Source: Eledone cirrhosa | Lineage: Eukaryota | Direction: 5' to 3' | NCBI GenBank assembly: GCA_964016885.1 | Contig: OZ024745.1 | Span: 50,964,001 to 51,028,000, forward strand | DNA: 64,000 bases | Shown here: one piece after another, positions 54,716 to 64,000 of the stretch | Numbering within the stretch: the stretch's first letter is position 1 | Layout of the letters: every line of letters starts with the position of its first letter | Notes under the pieces: generated by a model | Told to the model about the DNA's origin: nothing | What the model saw: the letters and a program-made list of their open reading frames with translations, nothing else | Databases searched by the model: none | Position numbers and translations under genes: made by a program

Positions 54716-56058
54716 TCCCGTCCGGCTGGCGCCCGGCTAGATATACCGGCATTTTATCTTTTCAGGAATCCCCCTACACTCCAGTGCAAAGATGCCGCAC
54801 GCCCTCTCAAGTCAGCGAGGGGGGGGGGGGGGTAACGTTAAAGAAAATTGATAGTTACAACAATAAAGGCTGAACAGAGAACACATTTTTTTATCAAACA
54901 ATAATTTGTACAACCATAATGGAAATTCCAAGTAACAGAAAATATTTAAATTACATTGTTAGAGCCTCAGGGTATACAATATTTTTTGTTCGGCCCTCCG
55001 GAGCAAAGATGAAGAGATTGTTTGGCGAGCTCACCCTAGAGCATCCTACATACAATTGACCATGGGAGAATCACTGATTTCGTAGCTAGTCTCGCGGAGA
55101 AGCTCTGTAGACGTTGACCTCTGGACACTCCTGTCAGGAGCAGGTAAGCTGTAGTGACTTAGAGGCCTACCACCAATCTCCAGGACACTGTTTTCAAGAC
55201 AAATGAGTGCCTCATTGAAAACGACATCGTATGTTACATATGGATTGTGTCTGCGTGTGCGGTGGAGGATGTCCTCAGCTAGACTTTCACGGTGGTTGTT
55301 CCACAGTGCGAGAGGGTCGGCGAGATCGCAGTTGTGCAGCATAATAGCAAAAGGTTTTCGCAGCTAAGAAGGGACTTTAGCAGTTGGTGCTTCTTGCAGG
55401 GTGAGGTGCCAATAGCTGTCATCGTGTAACATACCACGCATCTGGCAAGCCAAACGGTAAGTGGAACATTGATGGCCATTGATGGTTCTCAGATCTTGGA
55501 AAGATTGTGGTCCTCTAAGCTCGAAAAGTAACAATGATGATAAGCCGTCTGTGCTTTCGTGAAATAAATAAGTTTTGATTTTGTGTATGCAAAAATATCT
55601 GTACACGATTATATATTAAAATAACAGTTTAAGCAAAGAATAGTTGCTTTCACCCTTAACGGGATCTTCTGAAACTAAAAAAATCCGTCTGTGAACGCAG
55701 AAATAAATATTTCGAAAAACGTTATCTAATGCAGACATCAGACATACAGAGACATATTATAAGGGCGTTACGTTATAGCTATGTATCTATCTAAAAAGAC
55801 AGACTAAGAAAAAGAGGGGAATGTTGTGCGACGTCATGAGAAAAAGTGAGGAATGACGTATAACCGGAAGTGTTGACATTTGAAATTTTAAAGAAGTGAA
55901 TATTTAAATAATGTCTTTAATCTTTTAACAAATTCAGCAGACAAATACCCTCACTTTTTTACTTGGAAAAAGTTACATCTATGGTGCAAATTTGGTGCTG
56001 TTTGGTCCAGCCGTTTGGCGGAAAGTTTGTTACCTAAATACGGCCGTCAGCTTTATAG

Positions 56059-56061
<3 letters not shown>
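54716..56061 (-). mobile_element. Internally deleted Helitron inserted in (TA)n
   Basis: Rep/helicase fragments RGPQSFQDLRTING..TYRLAC..RGML.DD, PLALW..HRESLAEDIL and C-terminal YVGCSRV..TKNIVY.EAL; GC-rich hairpin-like 3' end near 54720-54750. Confidence 0.8.
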
Positions 56062-56130
<69 letters not shown>

Positions 56131-56136
<6 letters not shown>

Positions 56137-56462
56137 AGATCAAAAGATGGTTAAAGGAGTTCCATGTATTTTATTATGCGCATTTCAAAAACAAACATCA
56201 TCATGCAATAATATTTGTGTTTTCATCAGATAAAACAGGAGAACATGATATGAAGGCTAAAAAACAGTTGTAGATAGTGCAGTTTTAAATCAACATGCAT
56301 TTTAAATCAACTGCACTATCCACAAGTGTTTTTTAGCCTTCATATCATGTTCTCCTGTTTTATCTGATGAAAACACAAATATTATTGCATGATGATGTTT
56401 GTTTTTGAAATGCGCATAATAAAATACATGGAACTCCTTTAACCATCTTTTGATCTTATATT
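56131..56462. repeat. About 154-bp-arm near-perfect palindrome directly after (TA)n
   Basis: aatataagatcaaaagatgg...gatagtgcagtt [spacer] aactgcactatc...ccatcttttgatcttatatt. Confidence 0.95.
56358..56424 (+). ncRNA. Type I hammerhead ribozyme motif (mirror copy on minus strand at about 56169-56235)
   Basis: ttttat-CTGATGA-AAACA...TGTTTTT-GAAA-TGCGCAT-A-ataaaa; palindromic helix III ATGCGCAT. Confidence 0.85.
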
Positions 56463-56550
56463 ATGTATACTCCAGTCCTACAAACTGTAGAGTGCTTCTT
56501 ATCCGATATCTGCATTGCTTTATTGTACTACAATAAAACTCACCTCCTAC

Positions 56551-56618
<68 letters not shown>

Positions 56619-56664
56619 AATTCCATCTCGCCCGTTCCCTCAATCTATTTTATTTCTCATTCTT

Positions 56665-56700
56665 TCTTCTGATGAAGGACTACCGTCCGAAACGTTAAGA
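56665..56700 (+). ncRNA. Minimal hammerhead motif (PLE-type)
   Basis: tctt-CTGATGA-A-GGAC-tacc-GTCC-GAAACGTT-aaga. Confidence 0.7.
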
Positions 56701-57072
56701 CCCTCTTGCTGCTATATTAAGCGTTATCCTTGTGTGTATATGTATATATATATATATAAAAGAAAATTTTGGCCAGTCAGTTTCCTGTATACGAGCGACA
56801 AATGGCCGGCTTTGCCAAATTCAAATAAAAAAGAAAATTTTCGCTCTACATGGATGAATACAATACATGTAATCTGAGTTTTTCGAATAGTAATAATAAC
56901 ATTCGATTCGTTTGCAATTATGCAATCAAGCCTCAATTTTATAGCCAACTCAGTAGAATGAATACTTCATTCTTGCTCTTGTGTTGGCATGTGAACAGAA
57001 CTGCACCCTTCATCAGTACAGCTCACTGTTCACCTGCAAACGAATCGAATGTTATTATTAATATCAGATTAG

Positions 57073-57123
<51 letters not shown>

Positions 57124-57205
57124 TATATATATAAAATCAAGGTCTAGCAAATAGAGAAAAAGTTTTAAAATAAATTTTAAAAACTTCGCTGTACTTACTA
57201 TATGT

Positions 57206-57287
57206 GCCTTTACCGCGGTTTCAAGTTCCAGAATAAACGGATAATCCAAGCGGATTTCCATTGAGAAGGGAACCATCTTCAGAAGGC
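57206..57287 (-). ncRNA. Type I hammerhead ribozyme motif
   Basis: gcctt-CTGAAGA-T-GGTTCC...GGAACT-T-GAAA-CCGCGGT-A-aaggc; palindromic helix III ACCGCGGT; GUA triplet. Confidence 0.85.
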
Positions 57288-57609
57288 TCTTCTCACTCGG
57301 AGAATATAAAATTCCCGAGTTCAAATCACAAACTGACGCCATACAAAACCATTCCCAGATGAGAGTAGATGATAGAAGAAATAATTCTGTCTGGAGCCGT
57401 GTGCAAAGACAAAAGGCAGGGTGGACAGGTCAATGTCCTTCCACTAGAAATAGCAGCAGTCCAAACGGCCAAGTTTTATCTCTACCTTAGGGGAAATTAA
57501 TAATAATAAAGCATGAATTCCTACGTGTAAAAAATACATATAGGGATGCAAGTATCATCCAACCGTATGCCAATGTGGTTCTATGGCGGGTTAATAAATT
57601 AACAAGGGG

Positions 57610-59025
57610 GGGGGGGATTGATTTAGAGAGGAGTATTGGGAGATGTAAGTGTAGATAGGTATAGAGATGGGGAGAGTTTACTAGTGATATATAAAGTGAG
57701 GGTGATTGGGAGAGATTGGTAAAAATAGATATAGAGAGCGTAATTATGAGAGAGTTTTGTGTTATAGACATAGAGAAGGGAGAGATTGGTGTTAATGGAT
57801 ATCGATAAAGGGATAAGCAGAGTGTGTCGTGTGGTAAATATGGAGAGGGGAAAGTTTGGTGTTAATTGATATAGAGAGGGGGATTGGAAGAAAGTTCCAT
57901 GTAGTAGATATAGAGAGGGGGAGAGTTTGGTGTTAATTAATATATATTTCTATTTATTTGCCACCAGGGCATCAAATTGGAAGAGAGGTCCGTGTAGTAG
58001 ATATAGAGAGGGGGAGAGTTTTAATTGATATAGAAAGGGGTATTCGAAGAGAGTTACGTGTAATAGATATAGAGAAGGGGGAGAGTTTGGCGTCGATATA
58101 TAGAGGGGGATTGGAAGAGAATTCCGTGTAGTTGATATAGAGAGGGGGAGAGTTTGGTAATGATGGATAGAGTGAGAAAGAATGAGAGAGCGTGTGTTAT
58201 ATGGTAGATATACAGAGGAGGGATAGTATGTTCGTGTTAGATATAGAGAGGGGGATAAAAAGGGCAGTATCGTCGTGATAGATATAGAGAGGGAGAAATT
58301 TGGTGGTAGTAGATATAGAGAGGAGTATTAAAATATAGTTTTGAATGGTAGACATTGACATGAGGGGTATTTGTTTGTACTCTCGGGTCCTAAATAATAA
58401 GCGGGTTTGGAACATGCAGAGGGTAGACGTTTGCTTAAATTCTTATAATCAGGGTGGTGGGAATCGGTAATTGTGTAGTGTACGTTCGTAAATATAGGAT
58501 TTCTTTTAATGTTCTTTTTTTGTCATATGTAATGTTATTTTTTTTAAATGTAAAATAAAATTATTATTAGATTCTCGCCGAGGTTAACTTTGCCTTTCAT
58601 CCTTACGGGGTCGATAAAATAAAGTACCAGTAATACACTGGGTATTTTGCCGGCCTTGTGCCAAAAGTAGAAACAATTATTAGATTCTCCAGCTAGATTA
58701 GCAAAATTTAATAAGCGAAGAGGGTTGGAATAAATTTGAAGGATTAATAAGACCTGAGTTTAAATGTTCATTTAATATGGCTAAGTTATGAGCCTTGTTA
58801 GTCTGGGGTTTCACCTACGTACTCACAGGACCATCAGACAAGATGCCTCCCACCAATAATTACATTTTTCTCCCCAAGCTACCGAAACACATCTATTTGG
58901 ATGTCATGTTTATCGCATATCGAAGTTTTCAGACAATTTTAGAGTGCAAAGAGCTAAATTAATCATTAAAACTAAATCGAACAACCCACCTCACACACAA
59001 TTCGGAAATGCTTCCGCGCTCCTAA
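57610..59025. repeat. Paralog of the 26990-30680 composite (purine array, MITE, hAT empty site)
   Basis: Colinear similarity; contains a truncated SINE at 58576-58680 with TSD ttattagattctc. Confidence 0.7.
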
Positions 59026-61700
59026 GGTATCAACTATTATTGTTGTTATCTGCAATGTGATGTATAATATATTAGCTATCTCCCCGATTGAGCACTGCTT
59101 TCCTTTTTCCGTTTTCTTTTTTCATTCGTACAGATATTTTTTACATACACATTTTGCTCATACATGTTTGTTTGTTGGCGTTCTCCAGGTGTTATTTCAT
59201 TAACTGCGTATCCGTGTATTTGAATGTGTGTATGTGTGTGTGTTTATGTTCGCTTGTGTCCGTTTGTGTTTGTGTATCCGTGTGTATTTTTGTTTGTTTG
59301 TTTACTAGCAGCTTCAACTGTCCTATTTACATATTTTCGTTAGTCGATATTTCTATGAAAACTGAGTTAAAAGATAAAACGACTTTTAAAAATGTGTTTA
59401 TTAATTTGTTCCGTTTTCTGTAACCCACCAGATGTTTCATGGTATGCAGGTGGACGTATGTGTATTTGTGTGCATCAATATATGTTTATGTGCGAATGTG
59501 TTTCTTTTGTTCCTTTGTGTGTGTTTGAGTATGTGTGTGTATGCGTGTGTGCGTGTTTTTTGCGTGAGTGTTGTTTGTTCATTCCTCTTCTATATGACCT
59601 ATACTTACAGATTATGGTTAATTTGTTTGTTTTAATGTGTGTACACTAATGTTCGTGTTACACCTATAGTCATGTTTGTTGGTAGTGTGTAGGGTTAGAC
59701 AGTCACCTTGTTCGCAGTGGCTCTCTGTAGTTCGGTTCTATAACAGTCATTAGTTTAATCTATTTTACAGTTTCATTCTCCTATCCAAGCAAGTTTTGAC
59801 CGTGTATCTAACCAAGCATTTCCTTGTTCGTGTTGTTGTTATTGGTGTTTGGCTCCAAACCAACAATAATATATCTGACCGAAGAGCAGGTGTATTAAAA
59901 AATCCTGAGCAACCCTTCACTAAGACACAATATCCTGGATACACTACGTCTCCTTATCTTTTTAAAGCCATTAATAATTGCTAGTAGAGTTGGTTGTTAT
60001 TTTCAGCATTTGACCGTATGGCTCTCTCTCTTTGACTGGATCTCCGTTTTCTGAATGGGGAAGGATATTTCTTTACTATTTAGTAACTGCACCATTGAAA
60101 TTATTTAAAGGTTTTTACTACAAACAGTGTGCCTCATTAATAACGGGATATGACCTGTTGGCATTTTCTGTAGTACTGTTTTCCTCTTGATTAGGCTTTT
60201 CACGTTCTAGATAACCTTTTTACTAAATGCTTGTTGGTAAGTTTTATATACAGTCATAATATATTACGGAACACTAATGCGCCGATGTAAAAAAAACAAC
60301 AACCTAACAAACAAAACCAAACCCAAACAAAAAACGAAAATTCAAAAATTTAACAAGAAAGAATGTAATTAATATAAATGAGTACAGCGTTATTAAAAGC
60401 ATTCAATTCTTAGGCCAAAGCAACTTCACTCGGCATTTATATTTTGCATTTTTGTTTCATATTCACAATATTAAGGATACAAAATTGATTCTAAACCAGA
60501 TTTTGTTTCCCTTGTAGTCACATACTGTTCTCACTAGGTTATGTTAATGAATCCTGTTACAATACTGTTTGGATCAATTTTAGAACGTTGTTACAAATTC
60601 AGATTACTATGTCAAACAAAATTGCCACATACATTGAAATTAACTTGAGACATATCTGCTCGTGCTACGAAATATAAGTAAGTTGATATTTCTTATGGAA
60701 CATTGTGAACTATGAATTTGACTCAGAGAGCGGGTGAATGAATGTATGCTGTTTTATGAAATATGTTACATTATGAACAGTATTATCAAAGTGTCTATTC
60801 AGTGTAAAACAAATACTAATTTGTAGTTAATGCAATACATTTCGGTTATAGTATGTTAAATAAATATGTTCTACTAAAAACATTGTAATATTGATGCATT
60901 TTCTAAGGTATAGTTTGACCTTATTACCAAACGGAAAAAAAGTACGTTTAGTTACAGTATCTATTCTGGAATGCCTAATAACACACTTTCGATATAATAA
61001 TATCCACGCCATTCCCTTGGATAGATATTTGACTTAGATATTGTTTTCTGCAACCAGTAATCGGTCATTTCCATTCTTGCTACGTGTTTGAAGTGGTGAC
61101 ACAAGTGATCGACGGAGACACTCGTTGTAATCGTAGATGTATTAATACGTAAACATTCTAAAAATATTTCCAAATAAAAACCAACACATGAAACATGCAG
61201 CATGACAATGAAACAGATAGAAAATCATGCAGAAACATTATAAATAATGATGAAATCGTTAATACAAAGGGCATTAATGACAGCACCACGAACAACACTT
61301 TTGGTAATATTGTGCATGAAGAGGAACATGAGCTATCTCCAAGGAGAAAAAAAAACGATCGTATATTTTCTAAGGAAGGGCAAGTCATTTACATCTATTT
61401 GGACTCCCCAAAGCCACAAAAGCAAAGTTTTCCTTATGACTTCGACAAGGAAGTAAGAGGGAACCTCAGCCTGTATGTGAAAGGAAACTTACGTCTTCAA
61501 CAGGGACAGAGTAGTTTTTTATGACTGAAAATTGGTTGAAAAATTATATCGTATACTACACCATAGCCCTCATCCTGATGTCTCAGCACACGGATTTCAA
61601 GAATATGATTACCAGATAAATTTTTACTGGTGAAAATTCTTGTATCGTTATTCGCGAAATAGCACGGGTATTTGGAGAATAGGGAAACGGCCCGCAATAG

Positions 61701-61757
61701 CATGCGAACCTGGAATTTCATACAGGTGTGTTATGTATGAAATTCCAGGTTCGCATG
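61701..61757. repeat. Perfect 24-bp-arm hairpin
   Basis: catgcgaacctggaatttcataca-ggtgtgtta-tgtatgaaattccaggttcgcatg. Confidence 0.9.
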
Positions 61758-62919
61758 ACTCCTTGGGGCCACAGAGTTACATTGGATGTATACAGCATGG
61801 TTGCAACAGAAAGGAGATCAAATGGTGCGGAGGAGAAGACCCAGCTGATATACACGTGGGGATTAGTAGCACTTAAATACTTTATACTAAGAAAAGGAAA
61901 GGCGAAAAAAGGAGTTAGAGACAAACAGTAGGAAAGGCAGCAACAGTAGTATCACGCAGAAGCCCATCTGTTGCTGTTGCTTTTCCACTAAAACCGGTCA
62001 CCACCCTCAGGATGGCTAGATCAGAAATATAGACAGTGGCCGACTAGGTAAAAACCGTTCCAGCAATATATTAACGACTAATGGTGCTAATGCTTCTGTG
62101 GTATTGCATGTATCGTCTGCTAACATTTTACGTATATCTATTAAATATTTAAACCAGATGTATAATATCATATTCCTGGGTGACTTCCAGTTGTTTATTT
62201 GGTTTTGGATGCTCTGTTGGTTGTTTTAAACAGTGTCATCCGTCGGGATTCTTTTAGTGTTCAAGCACCTCAGCAAATTTCTTCTACTTTTCTTGCTGTT
62301 TCTTGTATTAATTTCTATTTCATTTTAAAAACATTCTGGGTTGAACTTTTAACACACTTTGGGTTGAACTGAAATTGTTTTGTTCAAGGACTTGCATTGC
62401 GATATAGCGAGGATCCGTCGTTTCAAGTGTTTTTTTGATTAAGGGTATTCTTTTTTGTTATATTATGTTTGTCTATTCTTATTTCACGGAATGCTATTAC
62501 ACGAAAAAATGACATTTCACCCCCAAAACACCAGTGATGAAAACAGCAGACAAATAACCTTACATAACATGTGCGGGAACAAACATAACTAATTTTAAAA
62601 TGTTCTCATTCTACAAATGCTCTGATTCAGTTACAGAACAACGAAAAAAAAAAAAAAGCAATTGCTTAACAAATATAAACCACGCTTAAATGTAACATCT
62701 CCTATAAGGACACATATCAATCAACTATACATGTGAATATTTATTTTAATTTTTCGTTACAAATTTACATTCTCACCGTTAATCGCAAGGAACATTCGCG
62801 GCAAAAGTGTTACTCAAATTGAAAGTATTTTGCTTGTGTGTGTCCATTTGCAGAAAAACGCAGACATACGCACGCACACACACACACATACGTACACACA
62901 CTCACACATGCACACACAT

Positions 62920-62981
<62 letters not shown>

Positions 62982-63142
62982 GTACACACACTCACACACA
63001 CACACATATATATATATGTGCAGAAGGTTCAGTATGTCCGAATAAAACTGGTGACAGTACCAAAGTCAGCACTCGATACAGAGCAGAGTGTATATAATAA
63101 GAAAAAAATGGAGATGTTACATAAGAGATTTATTGCTCACTC

Positions 63143-63230
63143 CTGATTACAAATGTTTCCCAAACAGCTGGCTCGTGATCCGGATTGACGCTCCAGACCA
63201 GATTCCCAAACTAGCTCATCCTCAGACCAG
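63143..63230 (-). ncRNA. Hammerhead motif with weak helix II
   Basis: ctggt-CTGAGGA...GAAA-CATTTGT-A-atcag. Confidence 0.55.
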
Positions 63231-63766
63231 TGTTATCACAACAAAAACAACATCGGATCTGTGGACAAAATAGTCAGATACAAACAAGTGTAGAGAACGT
63301 CCAATCACGGGCCGAGAATTAACCAGGTGCGCATATCGCAAACAATACAAGAAAGACAACCGATATAAAAAAAACAAATAAACAAACAACCAATATAAAT
63401 AAAAACAAAAAAAAATAAAAAAAATAAATGAATATACCAACCAACGTATATAAATACGACCAGATACACGTACCCAAGCCTAACCACCCACACATATATA
63501 TATAGGATACAAAAATACACACGTATATATATATAAACACAGACAAACACATATATATTGGGTAATGACCTAGAAACACGTTGATTGTTCCTCGATGTCA
63601 GTGTTGAACAAACGGATGACGAAAGTTCCCCTCATAGGCACAATCCAGGCATGGTTGTTTGTGGAAGACCAACAGTCGCCCGCGCATACCAGTTTCTCAT
63701 CTCCACGCCTCCGATATAAATCATCAATAATTATTTCATAAAATAATTATTGATAATTTATATCGG

Positions 63767-63953
63767 TGGCGGTGGATTGGCAGTATCGGTAGAGGGTCGG
63801 ACGCCATGCTTTCCAGCATAGTTACGTCCCTTTACGATCTGAGTTCAAATCCCGCCGAGGTTGACTTTGCCTTTCATCCTACGGGTCGATAAAATAAAGT
63901 ACCAGTAATGCACTGGGTAATTGCTGGCCTTGTGCCTAAAGTAGAAACAATTA
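63767..63953 (+). mobile_element. Main SINE with TSD attatttcataaaataat and an inverted flank copy at its 5' junction
   Basis: Consensus match; TSD at about 63731-63748 and 63950-63967. Confidence 0.9.
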
Positions 63954-64000
63954 TTTCATAAAATAATGTATAGGTTGTTCGGAAAACTTTTTTATACAGG

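Overview
AT-rich, repeat-dense animal intergenic or intronic DNA. The SINE families resemble those of octopod cephalopods (from recollection, not verified). No intact host gene can be supported: almost all listed ORFs are (TA)n/(CA)n artefacts or decayed transposon fragments. Mobile elements include an R4/Dong-like non-LTR retrotransposon (two copies), four CRE-like endonuclease fragments, RTE 3' ends, a bipartite RTE-derived non-autonomous family, more than 15 copies of one tRNA-derived SINE, a Buster/Charlie hAT with TIRs and 8-bp TSD, a deleted Helitron and several MITEs. The most striking hidden signal is about 14 sequence-diverse type I hammerhead-ribozyme (HHR) motifs. Many have short palindromic helix III, most lie close to (TA)n tracts, and several sit inside long fold-back palindromes. 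They look like termini of Penelope-like elements or retrozyme-like non-autonomous RNAs. Recurrent non-canonical cores (U.U at the base of helix II; CCGANGA) and palindromes folding at the ribozyme's own helix II suggest a self-priming insertion mechanism (inference).
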